Origin: an uncultured delta proteobacterium
GTDB taxonomy: Bacteria; Desulfobacterota; Binatia; Binatales; Binataceae
Assembly (NCBI GenBank): GCA_963842085.1
Contig: CAWJET010000002.1
Span: forward strand, 256,001 to 320,000
DNA: 64,000 nt
Direction: 5' to 3'
Position 1 is the stretch's first letter; each line of letters starts with the position of its first letter. This document shows, in pieces, positions 20,781 to 30,196 of the stretch. The position numbers and the translations under genes are program-made. The notes beneath the pieces were generated by a model. That model searched no databases. It was given only the letters and a program-made list of their open reading frames with translations, and had not been told where the DNA came from.

Positions 20781-21764
20781 ATGCTGCCGACTAAGACTAT
20801 CTATCGAGTGTTGGTTGCCCTGATGGCGGCCCTGGTTGTCGCCGGATGGGCGTCCACTCATGCATTCGCAGAGGATTTTGACGGAACCGCTCTGTCCGGG
20901 GTAAATGCGTCGTCGTCGCGCCTGACCGGAGAAAGCAACGGCTTTGACCTTGAGACCCCTGCGGAAGCCGGCGCCAAGCCGATTACCTCGCCATACGTTC
21001 TGCCGCTGCCTCAGCCGGTTCCGCCTTTCCCAATTCTCCTGAACCAGTCCGTGCGCCGCTATCTATCGGACTTCCTGAGTTCCCCCGACCATCTGCAGGA
21101 TACCTTCGACCGCAGCCACCCCTACCTGAAGGATATGGTTCGCGTGCTGAGAAGCTACGGCCTTCCCGACGATCTGGTCTATCTGGCTTTCGCCGAAAGC
21201 GAATTCTCCAAGCGCGGCAGGGGACCCTGGCAGTTCAATTCCGATACTGCGCGGCGCTTCGGCCTGCATATCGACAGCTACGTCGACGAGCGGCGCGACC
21301 CCGTTTTGTCCACTAAGGCGGCGGCTGAGTATCTGGCCACCCTGCACGACGAGGCCGGCGACGATTGGCCGATGACGCTGGTCGCCTGGAATAACGGCGA
21401 CAGTGCAATCAATCGCTATTGGTCGTTGCGCGGCCCCAAGATGGAGAAGTTCGGCTATCGCCTGCCGCGCAGAACTCGCGGGCTGCTGGGACGTTTCATG
21501 GCCGTCGCGTATATCGCGCATCATGCTGACAGCTACGGAATCACGCCGATCAAGGTCGACGACGATCCACCGGTCTACCAGATGCTGCGGGTTCGAGGTG
21601 GCACTTCGCTGAGCCGGGTCGCGCTTAATCACGGGACGACGCTGGAGCGCCTGCACGACCTCAACCCGGCGCTGCTGCGCGACGTCGTTCCTCCCTACGA
21701 GCGCTCGTACAGCGTCCGCGTTCCGCTGAATACCCACGCCAGCGCAGAACACGTCGAGTTCTAG
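20781..21764 (+). CDS. MltD-like lytic transglycosylase with LysM domain
   Basis: GLPDDLVYLAFAES, WQF, VDERRDP..STKAAAEYL, AWNNG, LHDLNPALL; GGGGAG RBS before ATG 20781. Confidence 0.82.
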   Translation: MLPTKTIYRVLVALMAALVVAGWASTHAFAEDFDGTALSGVNASSSRLTGESNGFDLETPAEAGAKPITSPYVLPLPQPVPPFPILLNQSVRRYLSDFLSSPDHLQDTFDRSHPYLKDMVRVLRSYGLPDDLVYLAFAESEFSKRGRGPWQFNSDTARRFGLHIDSYVDERRDPVLSTKAAAEYLATLHDEAGDDWPMTLVAWNNGDSAINRYWSLRGPKMEKFGYRLPRRTRGLLGRFMAVAYIAHHADSYGITPIKVDDDPPVYQMLRVRGGTSLSRVALNHGTTLERLHDLNPALLRDVVPPYERSYSVRVPLNTHASAEHVEF

Positions 21765-21792
21765 CGGAGCGCGCGCAGCGCTCGAACAAGAG

Positions 21793-21871
21793 ACCGGAAC
21801 CGGCTCCGCGTGGCGCGAAGCTGTCCGAGATGCTTCGTTCCGCCCGCGCTGCTCGCTTTGTCAGCATGACA
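21793..21871 (+). repeat. Solitary degenerate copy of the REP-like head plus subunit
   Basis: ACCGGAACCGGCTCCGCGTGGCGCGAAGCTGTCCGAGATGCTTC...GTCAGCATGACA. Confidence 0.75.
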
Positions 21872-21917
21872 GCCCAGGACGTTCAATCGCGAGGCTGAGG
21901 CGCGTATTCTTTCTGGC

Positions 21918-23192
21918 ATGATCAGCGCCGACCAGGCCCTGCAAATCGTTCTTGAAAACGTGGATCCGCTCGGCGTCGAGCGGATTCCGATCCTCGAGGC
22001 GCTTGGCCGCGTGCTCGCCGAAAATATCAGCTCGCCGCGCGATATCCCGGGCTTCGACAATTCCGCGATGGACGGTTATGCCGTGCGCGCCGCCGACCTT
22101 GCCAGGGCGTCGGAGGCGAGCCCGGTCAAGCTGGCGGTCGTCGAGACGGTTGGCGCCGGGATGATGCCGACCCGCGGCGTGAGCGCAGGCCAGGCGGTTC
22201 GCACGATGACCGGCGCGCCGATCGCCGAAGGCGCAGACGCGATCGTTCCGGTCGAACGCACGCGCGGCATCGGCGATTCGGTCGAATTTCTCGTTGCCGC
22301 GGAGAAGGGCGCATTCGTTCGGCCGCGCGGCGAGGATCTGCGTATCGGCGAACTCGTGATGTCTGCCGGCAAGACGCTCACGCCGGCCGACCTAGGGATG
22401 CTGGCGTCGGTGAATCGCGCGATGGTCGAGGTCATTCGGCGACCGCGCGTCGCAATCGTTGCCACCGGCGACGAGCTCGTGGACGTCGATCAAGCGCCCG
22501 TCGGCGCGCAGGTCGTCAACTCCAGCGCCTACGCACTGGCCGGTGCAATTCGCGAAGCGGGCGCCGAGGCCGTCATCCTCAAGGTGGCGCGCGACGACGC
22601 GCGCGAGATTCGCCAGCGCCTGGCCGAGGCGATGACCTTCGACGCGGTGCTATCGACCGGCGGCGTCTCGGTGGGACAATTCGATCACGTTAAGGGCGCG
22701 CTCGACGAACTCGGGATGCGCCAGCTATTTCACGGCGTCGCGCAGAAGCCGGGGCGTCCGCTCAAGTTCGGCACCGTCGGCTACCGCCCGATCTTCGGCC
22801 TGCCGGGCAATCCCGTATCGACGCTGGTCTGCTTCTACCTGTACGCGCGCCCCGCGCTCCGTAAGATGTCCGGGAGGCGGCGCGTCGGTTTACCGCGCGT
22901 CTGGGCGCGATGCGCGGTCGATATCAAAATCGCCAAAGACCTGACCGAGTTCGTGCGGGTCAAACTCGAGCGCGATCGGGTCGCCACCGGCGCGGACGGC
23001 TGGCTCGCGACTCCCACCGGCAACCAGGGCTCGGGGATTCTAAGCTCGCTCTCACGGGCGGACGGTCTGCTGATCGGTCCGTCAGCCGAAACGCTGTTGA
23101 AGGCTGGCGCTCAGGCGACCGTGCTGCTCCTGGAGCCGGACGACGCAGCTGCGGACGATGAACTGTTTGAGGGTCGGCGCCATAGCCACTGA
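21918..23192 (+). CDS. moeA: Molybdopterin molybdotransferase
   Basis: PGFDNSAMDGYA, MTGAP, ATGDEL, STGGVSVG, KPGRP, GLPGNPVS, QGSG. Confidence 0.95.
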   Translation: MISADQALQIVLENVDPLGVERIPILEALGRVLAENISSPRDIPGFDNSAMDGYAVRAADLARASEASPVKLAVVETVGAGMMPTRGVSAGQAVRTMTGAPIAEGADAIVPVERTRGIGDSVEFLVAAEKGAFVRPRGEDLRIGELVMSAGKTLTPADLGMLASVNRAMVEVIRRPRVAIVATGDELVDVDQAPVGAQVVNSSAYALAGAIREAGAEAVILKVARDDAREIRQRLAEAMTFDAVLSTGGVSVGQFDHVKGALDELGMRQLFHGVAQKPGRPLKFGTVGYRPIFGLPGNPVSTLVCFYLYARPALRKMSGRRRVGLPRVWARCAVDIKIAKDLTEFVRVKLERDRVATGADGWLATPTGNQGSGILSSLSRADGLLIGPSAETLLKAGAQATVLLLEPDDAAADDELFEGRRHSH

Positions 23193-23392
23193 ATCACGAG
23201 GGTCGCGACTGCGCCGAAAATCGCGGCGCCGATTATCACGGCCGAGAGTCTGAGCTGAAGTTTCAGAATGTTGAAGGGCAGCAGGTAAAAGGTCACCATC
23301 TCGATCTGAAAGTTTGCGTAAATGACATACGCCACCCACAGGATCACGAGCGCACCGATGATGAATTTCGGGTTCTTGGCAAATGCGGGCAT
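23111..23392 (-). CDS. LapA-like small membrane protein
   Basis: Two TM helices with a YANFQIEMVTFYLL loop; overlaps the moeA 3' end convergently. Confidence 0.6.
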   Translation of the reverse strand: MPAFAKNPKFIIGALVILWVAYVIYANFQIEMVTFYLLPFNILKLQLRLSAVIIGAAIFGAVATLVIQWLWRRPSNSSSSAAASSGSRSSTVA

Positions 23393-23517
23393 CGGGGACG
23401 ATCCTCCTGACGGGCGATGAGGAAAAGCTTGGCGACTGAAATAGCGATTGTCAACGCAGTCGGGCGCAGTGCAAATGATGCGCTCGCGGGATTCATCCGC
23501 GCACGAGGGTTAGACGA

Positions 23518-24003
23518 ATGGCGACGCGTTTTCGCGTAGGCAACGGATTCGATTTCCATCCGCTGGAGGCGGGCCGCCGGCTGGTGCTCGGCGGCGTCGA
23601 GATCAAGCACGGCAAGGGACTCCGCGGGCATTCGGACGCCGACGTCGCGGCGCATGCGCTGGCCAACGCGATCCTCGGCGCGATCGGCGCCGGCGACCTC
23701 GGCCGGCATTTCGCGGATACCGATCCACGCTACAAGGATGCTGACTCGCTCGAACTTCTTGCCGATGTATGGAAGCTTGCGAGCGCTCGCGCATGGCGGC
23801 TGTGCAATGCCGACCTGACAATTTTCGCCGAGGCGCCCAAGCTGAGGCCGTATGTCGACGCGATGCGTGAGCGGCTGGCTGCCGCGCTCGACGCTGATCA
23901 ATGGCGCATCAATGTTAAAGCGTCGAGCCCCGAGGGGATAGGCGCACTGGGTCGCAGCGAAGGGATGGCGGCGGCAGCGATCGTGATGCTCGAAGCCGAC
24001 TAG
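23518..24003 (+). CDS. ispF: 2-C-methyl-D-erythritol 2,4-cyclodiphosphate synthase
   Basis: RVGNGFDFH, GHSDADVAAHA, GDLGRHF, INVKA, GRSEG. Confidence 0.94.
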   Translation: MATRFRVGNGFDFHPLEAGRRLVLGGVEIKHGKGLRGHSDADVAAHALANAILGAIGAGDLGRHFADTDPRYKDADSLELLADVWKLASARAWRLCNADLTIFAEAPKLRPYVDAMRERLAAALDADQWRINVKASSPEGIGALGRSEGMAAAAIVMLEAD

Positions 24004-24021
24004 AACACAGGGAAGCGCCCT

Positions 24022-24378
24022 CTACCCATCGTCGTCGCCACCCGATTCGTCCCCCAAGTCACCACCGCTTTCCAATTCCTCGACCGCCTCGTCGAATTCG
24101 GGTCCGTTGAACTCGTCGCCCATCTCCTTGCCCATCCGCTTCATCATGCGCGCGACGCTCTTGGGGTCGTTCTCGTCGACGTCGCCCATCCGCGACGGGT
24201 CGGCGAGCGACTCCATTCGAGATTCCTCGCTCCGCGGCATCGCGAACCGCGACATCAGGCGGCGCATCTTTTTTCCGCCGCAATGCGTGCAGACTGGCTC
24301 GACCTTTTCGCTGACGCGGGTCGTTAAGACACTGGTCGTCCGCCGGCACTTCTCGCATCGATATTCGTAGATCGGCAT
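24022..24378 (-). CDS. FmdB-family zinc-ribbon protein
   Basis: MPIYEYRCEKC...CTHCGG. Confidence 0.85.
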   Translation of the reverse strand: MPIYEYRCEKCRRTTSVLTTRVSEKVEPVCTHCGGKKMRRLMSRFAMPRSEESRMESLADPSRMGDVDENDPKSVARMMKRMGKEMGDEFNGPEFDEAVEELESGGDLGDESGGDDDG

Positions 24379-24411
24379 GTCGACGTATTGTATACGCAGC
24401 CCGCACCGATT

Positions 24412-25182
24412 TCACGGAATTCGAAACAGCGCGCGCGCGTTGGCCGTCGTCGCCGCGGCGATTTCCTCGAACGTGGCGCATCGCAGATGCGCAATCGCGG
24501 CGACCACTTCCTTGACCATCGCCGGTTCGGTCAACCGCCCGGCGAACTGGCCGCCGTACTGCCACGGGCCGTCGGTCTCTACCAATATCCTGTTGGATGG
24601 CAGCATCCGCGCGAGATCCTGATCGCGCGCCCGGTAGGCGACCTCGGGGGTCAGCGAAATGAAATATCCGGCGTTGATAATCGCGCGCGTCGTTTGCTCG
24701 TCGGACTTATGCCAGTGAAAGACCGCGCGCGTCACTCCCGCCTCGCGAATTATCGCGAGCGCCTCGCCCGCGCGCGCGTGCGGCGCATGCAATATCAGCG
24801 GCAGATCGAGTGCGACGGCGGCACGCGCGAAGCGTGCGAGCGTCTGCTTCGCCGCGTCGAGCACGGCCGCGTCCTGCGCGCGCTCGCCGTACCACGGCAG
24901 CCCGACTTCGCCGATCGCGCAAATCGAATCGCGCTCGCGCGTGATCGTATCGAGCACAGTGCGCACGTCATCTTCACTATGTTCAAATCGCTCGGGATGA
25001 AATCCTAAGGCGGGAAAAATGACGCCGGGATATTTCTTCGCCAGTTCGAGCACAGCGCGATTAGACGCGGGTCCGACTCCCGGCACGACCATCGCCGATA
25101 CTCCCGCATCGTGCCCGCGCTTGATTGCGCCGGAAGGGTCGGGATACTGGTCAGCGTCGAGATGAACGTGGCTGTCGATCAC
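24412..25182 (-). CDS. TatD-family hydrolase
   Basis: IDSHVHLD, GFHPE, IGEVGL, ILH, VFHW, VETDGPW. Confidence 0.9.
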   Translation of the reverse strand: MIDSHVHLDADQYPDPSGAIKRGHDAGVSAMVVPGVGPASNRAVLELAKKYPGVIFPALGFHPERFEHSEDDVRTVLDTITRERDSICAIGEVGLPWYGERAQDAAVLDAAKQTLARFARAAVALDLPLILHAPHARAGEALAIIREAGVTRAVFHWHKSDEQTTRAIINAGYFISLTPEVAYRARDQDLARMLPSNRILVETDGPWQYGGQFAGRLTEPAMVKEVVAAIAHLRCATFEEIAAATTANARALFRIP

Positions 25183-25235
25183 TTCATTCGTATAGCAGGC
25201 ATGCGCCGCGGGCGCATCGTAGCGCGCGTGCTGCG

Positions 25236-26021
25236 ATGAGCGAGCTCCGCCTGATGTGGCGCAACACGCGGATGGTCGTGTTGTGCGCGATCTCCGCCGC
25301 GCTGTACGCTGCGGTGCTGGTGCCGTTCAAGGTCGTCCCGCTTATTCCGGGCGTCACCGAACTGCGTCCCGCCAACGCGATTCCAGTTGTGTGCTCGTTC
25401 CTGTTCGGTCCCGCCGCCGCGTGGGGTTCGGCGATCGGCAACATGATCGGCGATTTTTTTGGTGGAGTCTCGCCGGGAGATATCGCGGGATTTTTGGCGA
25501 ACCTCGCGTACGGGTGGATTCCCTACAAAGTCTGGGAATTGATCGGCCGCGGCCAGAGTCCCATCAGCCGCTCCCCGCTTGGAATCCTCAAGTACGTCAT
25601 CGCATGCCTGGCCGCGAGCGTGCTGTGCGCCGACTTGGTCGGATGGGCCGACAACGTGCTCGTCATCCGGCCGTTCGCGATGCTCGGCAACGTGATCATC
25701 TTCAACAACATGGTGTCGGCACTCGCGCTCTCGCCGTTCATCCTGGCCGCGGTCTATCCGCGGGTCAAAAAGGGCCGGATGCTTTACACCGACGTGATGC
25801 CGGAGGTGAAACTGAAGCCGGTGCCGATTCGAGCGTCCGGTTTCGCGCTGCTGATCGCGGGCGAGGGCGGCGCCTGGATTTTTGGAAATCTGCTTTCGAC
25901 CGGGTATTGGGCGCCAAAGTTCCTGCCGGCGTGGATGATCGTCGCCCCGTACGATAAGCCGGTCTTAATAATTGTCGGCCCGTTTCTGCTGTTGGCGTTC
26001 GCGGGGCTGTTCATGATGTGA
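25236..26021 (+). CDS. ECF transporter S component (QueT-like)
   Basis: AALYAA, ELRPANAIPVVCSFLFGPAAAWGSAIGNMIGD; precedes ECF ATPase and T component. Confidence 0.75.
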   Translation: MSELRLMWRNTRMVVLCAISAALYAAVLVPFKVVPLIPGVTELRPANAIPVVCSFLFGPAAAWGSAIGNMIGDFFGGVSPGDIAGFLANLAYGWIPYKVWELIGRGQSPISRSPLGILKYVIACLAASVLCADLVGWADNVLVIRPFAMLGNVIIFNNMVSALALSPFILAAVYPRVKKGRMLYTDVMPEVKLKPVPIRASGFALLIAGEGGAWIFGNLLSTGYWAPKFLPAWMIVAPYDKPVLIIVGPFLLLAFAGLFMM

Positions 26022-27745
26022 AAACCGACGCGCAACTTGTGTCAGCGACTCCGGGCCCGCACGCAGTTTGGGTCGAGCGAGTTACGTTCACCTATCACGG
26101 CGCCGACCGCCCGGCGCTTCGAGCGGTAAGCTTCGTGCAGGCGGCGGGCGAGACGATCGGCGTGATGGGTGCGTCGGGCGCGGGCAAGTCCACGCTCGCG
26201 AAATGCCTCAATCGCATCATCCCGGCATTCGAGGACGGCGACTTTCGCGGCGCGATCCGCATTGCAGGCGAGCCGCTCGAGCATCTTCAGGTATGCGAGG
26301 TCGCGCCGAAAGTCGGCATGGTCTTCCAGGATTTCGAGTCGCAGTTGTTCTCGACCAATGTCGCGCACGAAGTCGCGTTCGCGATGGAACAAGTCGGCAT
26401 GGATCGCGCCGAGATGGACCGCCGAATCATCCCCGCGCTCGAGGCCGTCGGACTGCGCGGCTTCGAGCATCGCGATCCAATGTCGCTGTCGGGCGGCGAG
26501 AAGCAGCGCCTGGCGATCGCGTCGGTGCTGGCGCTGCGCCCGTCGGTCATCGTGCTCGACGAGCCGACCACCGATCTGGATCCCGAGGGCAGGGCCGAAG
26601 TGTTCGAGTTGATCGCCAGGCTCCGCGCGCAAGGCCTGAGCCTGATCGTAATCGAGCACGAGTCCGAGGAACTGCGCGCCGCCGATCGGATAATGGTTTT
26701 GCGCGAGGGCGAAATCGCAGCCGACGGTTCGCCTTCCGAGGTATTCGCGCGCACCGAACTGCTCCGGCAATGCGGGGTACGCCCGCCGGGACTGGGCCAC
26801 GCACTCGCACTGCTCGGAATCGACGCACAAGCGAAAAATGTCGAGCAGGCTTACGACGCGATCATGCGGATGTTTCCGCGTCTCGCGGCAATGGACGTCG
26901 AGGACGGCGCCGATTCACAGTCCGAGCCCCAGCCCGCGATGGGCCCCGCATTTATCGGAATCGAAAACGTGAGCTTCAGCTACGCGGGCGGGCCGCGCGT
27001 GCTCGATTCGATCGAGCTCAAAGTCGAAGCCGGCGAATTTCTCGCGATCGTCGGGCAAAACGGTTCCGGCAAAACCACTCTGGCCAAGCACGTCGTCGGC
27101 CTGCTCCAGCCGAGTGCGGGCCGCGTGACGATCGATGGCAAGGACCGCGCGCAGATGCGTCCAGCGGAGATGGCGCGCGAGGTTGCGTACGTTTTCCAGA
27201 ATCCGGACCATCAGATTTTCGCCGCGACGGTCGAAGAGGAAGTCGCGTTCGGCCCACGCAACTTCGGCCTGCCGGATGACGAGATTCGGCGGCGATGCGA
27301 CGAAGCGCTCGAAGCGGTCGGCCTCCAGAACGAGCGCCAGAGCGACCCGTTCCTGCTCAGCAAGGGCGAACGCCAGCGCCTGGCGGTCGCGAGCGTGCTG
27401 GTGCTCAGGCCGCGGATGTTAATTCTCGACGAACCGACCACGGGCCTGGACCATCGCGAGCAGCTTCGCATGATGGCGCTGGTGCGCGACCTCAACCGCG
27501 CCGGAATTGCGATCGTGATTATCACGCATACGCCGTGGCTGGTCGCGGAGTATGCGCGGCGCGTCGTGCTGCTGCGCAAGGGTGCGAAAATTTTCGACGG
27601 GGGCGTGCGCGAGTTTTTCATGCAGGACGAGCTACTGCGGTCGTCATCGTTTCGGGCGCCGGAAATCACCGAACTCAGCCGCCGCTTCGGCACGCTGGCG
27701 CTGACCACGGACGAATTCGTCGCGTGGGTGAAGGGGCGCGCCTGA
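26018..27745 (+). CDS. ECF transporter fused double ATPase
   Basis: Two Walker A (GASGAGKS, GQNGSGKT), LSGGEKQR/LSKGERQR, FQNPDHQIF. Confidence 0.92.
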   Translation: MKTDAQLVSATPGPHAVWVERVTFTYHGADRPALRAVSFVQAAGETIGVMGASGAGKSTLAKCLNRIIPAFEDGDFRGAIRIAGEPLEHLQVCEVAPKVGMVFQDFESQLFSTNVAHEVAFAMEQVGMDRAEMDRRIIPALEAVGLRGFEHRDPMSLSGGEKQRLAIASVLALRPSVIVLDEPTTDLDPEGRAEVFELIARLRAQGLSLIVIEHESEELRAADRIMVLREGEIAADGSPSEVFARTELLRQCGVRPPGLGHALALLGIDAQAKNVEQAYDAIMRMFPRLAAMDVEDGADSQSEPQPAMGPAFIGIENVSFSYAGGPRVLDSIELKVEAGEFLAIVGQNGSGKTTLAKHVVGLLQPSAGRVTIDGKDRAQMRPAEMAREVAYVFQNPDHQIFAATVEEEVAFGPRNFGLPDDEIRRRCDEALEAVGLQNERQSDPFLLSKGERQRLAVASVLVLRPRMLILDEPTTGLDHREQLRMMALVRDLNRAGIAIVIITHTPWLVAEYARRVVLLRKGAKIFDGGVREFFMQDELLRSSSFRAPEITELSRRFGTLALTTDEFVAWVKGRA

Positions 27746-28536
27746 TGCCGATTTACCTGTACATAGATCGCGGCACGTTCGTTCATCGGCTGCATCCGAC
27801 GGTCAAGGTGTTCGCGCTCTTCATCATGTTCTGGTCGGTGTACTGGGTGGACAATCCGATCGCGCTGCTGGTCCCGATCGGCGTGCTGATGCTGTGGGTC
27901 GCGCAGCTGACGGACTCGTGGCCGAACTTCTATCGGTTGCGATGGTTGTTCGCGATCCTGGTTTTCACCACGACGATTGCGTGGATGGTCTTCTACCGGC
28001 GGGGTGCGGTGCTGGTGAACGTGCCGATTTTTCACGTCAGCAGGTTGTCGATAGTGTTTGGCTTGGGGCGCGGGATCAAGCTGGCGGAGTTGCTGGCGGC
28101 GTCGGTGCTGTTTCTTTCGACCACCAAGATAGAGGAGTTCACATATGGACTGCAGCGGATGCGGGTGCCGTATCGCGTGGGATTTGCGATCTCGCTTTCG
28201 TTTCGGCTGGTGCCGCTGTTTATCGACTCGGCCGTGACGATCGTCGATGCGCAGCGGCTGCGCGGCTACGACTTCAACCAGGGCGGGCCGCTGGAGCGCG
28301 TGCGGCGCTACGTGCCGGTCGTGATTCCGGTCTTCATGGGTGCACTGCGCAAGGCCAATAACATGGCGATGGCTCTGGAAGCGCGCGGCTTCGGCTTCAG
28401 TCACGAGCCAACGACGTTTATCGATTATCCGGTGACGGGAGCGGATGTAACGGCGTTCGCGCTTTTGATCGGGCTCGGTGCATTGTACTTCATGCTCTAC
28501 TGGACGGGGCTGGGCGGAATCGGTCCCTTGAAGTAG
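27745..28536 (+). CDS. ecfT: ECF transporter T component
   Basis: HRLHPTVK, FRLVP, AQRLRG, AMALEARGF. Confidence 0.9.
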   Translation: MPIYLYIDRGTFVHRLHPTVKVFALFIMFWSVYWVDNPIALLVPIGVLMLWVAQLTDSWPNFYRLRWLFAILVFTTTIAWMVFYRRGAVLVNVPIFHVSRLSIVFGLGRGIKLAELLAASVLFLSTTKIEEFTYGLQRMRVPYRVGFAISLSFRLVPLFIDSAVTIVDAQRLRGYDFNQGGPLERVRRYVPVVIPVFMGALRKANNMAMALEARGFGFSHEPTTFIDYPVTGADVTAFALLIGLGALYFMLYWTGLGGIGPLK

Positions 28537-28595
28537 CGTACAACCTGGCCGATGCGTACTATCGGCAATAATTCGCAACAATCGCGGGGCTAGCA

Positions 28596-29645
28596 ATGAG
28601 TATCAAGTCGGAATTTCTCAAACGGCCGATCGAACACGTCGATATCACGCGCGAAAGCGTGGTGCCGCTGGTCGAGGCGATGGGGCAGATGGCCTACAGC
28701 GCCCGCGACCTGCATCGCGCGGCCACGATTTACGATCGGATGCTGCGCGATCGCGACTGCGGCATCATCCTGTGCCTGGCGGGATCGCTTATCAGCGCGG
28801 GGCTGAAGCGCGTCTTCGCCGACATGATTCGCAATCACATGGTCGATGCGGTCGTGAGCACCGGCGCGAATATCGTCGATCAGGATTTTTTCGAGGCACT
28901 CGGCTTCAAGCATTGGATGGCCGAGGACCGCTTCAAGTACGGGCTCGACGACGACAAGCTGCGTGAACTGCACATCGATCGAATCTACGACACGCTGATC
29001 GACGAAGACGAACTGCGCGTGTGCGACGAGACGATTCACAAAATCACCGACAGCCTTGAACCGCGGCCGTATTCGTCGCGCGAATTCGTCGGCGAGATGG
29101 GCAAGTACCTGGCCGAGACGGGCGCGAAGAACGGCGCCAGTATCGTGCTCGAGGCCTATCGCGAAGACGTGCCGATTTTCTGCCCGGCGTTCAGCGACTG
29201 CTCGGCCGGATTCGGACTGGTGGCGCATCAGGCGGCGCGCCACGGCAAGGCCAAGGTCTCGCTCGACAGCGCAAAAGATTTTTACGAGCTTACGCGCCTC
29301 AAGGTGAGGAACGAGAGCACCGGACTGTTCATGATTGGCGGCGGCGTGCCGAAAAATTTCGCGCAGGATATCGTGGTCGCGGCGGAAGTGCTGGGGCATG
29401 ACGTGCCGATGCACAAGTACGCGATTCAGATCACGGTGGCCGACGTGCGCGACGGCGCGCTCTCGGGCAGCACGCTCAAAGAGGCGAGCAGCTGGGGCAA
29501 GGTCGATACGACCTACGAGCAGATGGTGTATTGCGAGGCGACGATCGCAGTGCCGCTGATAGTCGGCTACGCGTACCACAAACGCGGCTGGGAAGGCCGC
29601 ACGTCGCGCAAGTGGAGCTCGGCGTTGGATAAGGATCAAGTCTAA
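28596..29645 (+). CDS. Deoxyhypusine-synthase-like protein (probable homospermidine synthase)
   Basis: AGSLISAG, STGAN, CPAFSDCS, GGGVPKNF, GALSGSTLKEASSWGK. Confidence 0.88.
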   Translation: MSIKSEFLKRPIEHVDITRESVVPLVEAMGQMAYSARDLHRAATIYDRMLRDRDCGIILCLAGSLISAGLKRVFADMIRNHMVDAVVSTGANIVDQDFFEALGFKHWMAEDRFKYGLDDDKLRELHIDRIYDTLIDEDELRVCDETIHKITDSLEPRPYSSREFVGEMGKYLAETGAKNGASIVLEAYREDVPIFCPAFSDCSAGFGLVAHQAARHGKAKVSLDSAKDFYELTRLKVRNESTGLFMIGGGVPKNFAQDIVVAAEVLGHDVPMHKYAIQITVADVRDGALSGSTLKEASSWGKVDTTYEQMVYCEATIAVPLIVGYAYHKRGWEGRTSRKWSSALDKDQV

Positions 29646-29670
29646 GGGAAGGGTAAAATCACTCAATTCA

Positions 29671-29729
29671 ATGTGAAACCCGCGATGAATTTCTCACTTC
29701 CTTTGGCAGGGCTAAGCCCTGCACCTTAG
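29671..29729 (+). repeat. Dispersed double-hairpin element, copy A
   Basis: ATGTGAAACCCGCGATGAATTTCTCACTTCCTTTGGCAGGGCTAAGCCCTGCACCTTAG; aligns without gaps to copies B and C. Confidence 0.75.
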
Positions 29730-29813
29730 TGAAAGGAGATTTTGCCGAAATGGGGTGGGCCGTGCTAATTATCACGGGCTTATTCCGGCGTATTTTTTCT
29801 GAAGGACGATGCG

Positions 29814-30086
29814 ATGCTGTACGTGATTATCGGCCATGACGGACCCGAAGCCGCTGCCTTGCGGCCGAAGGTGCGGCCGGCGCATCTCGAGAATCTGCGG
29901 CCGCTGATTAGGGCCGGGAAGGTGAAGATCGCGGGGCCGTTCACCGATGGCAGCGGGAGTCTTATCATCGTGGAGATGGAGAGCGAGGCGGACGCGGTCG
30001 CGTTTGCGAATAGCGATCCTTATGTGACCAATGGCGTATTCGCGCGCGTTGAGGTGAAGCCGTTCCGGCAGGTGTTTCCGGACTGA
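29814..30086 (+). CDS. YciI-family protein
   Basis: RPAHLENL, AGPF, GSLII, SDPY. Confidence 0.9.
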   Translation: MLYVIIGHDGPEAAALRPKVRPAHLENLRPLIRAGKVKIAGPFTDGSGSLIIVEMESEADAVAFANSDPYVTNGVFARVEVKPFRQVFPD

Positions 30087-30196
30087 CCAAACCTCCGGTC
30101 CCTTGCCTCGAGGGAAGGGGAGCAATTGAGAAAGCTTCCAGCGAATAGTGAATAGCTATCTCAGATAGATAGTCAGATTAGGTAGATGGAGCATCG

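Noticed and set aside
23111-23192. 82-nt convergent overlap between moeA and the lapA-like gene
   Set aside because: Both overlapping tails are low-complexity extensions, common in GC-rich genomes
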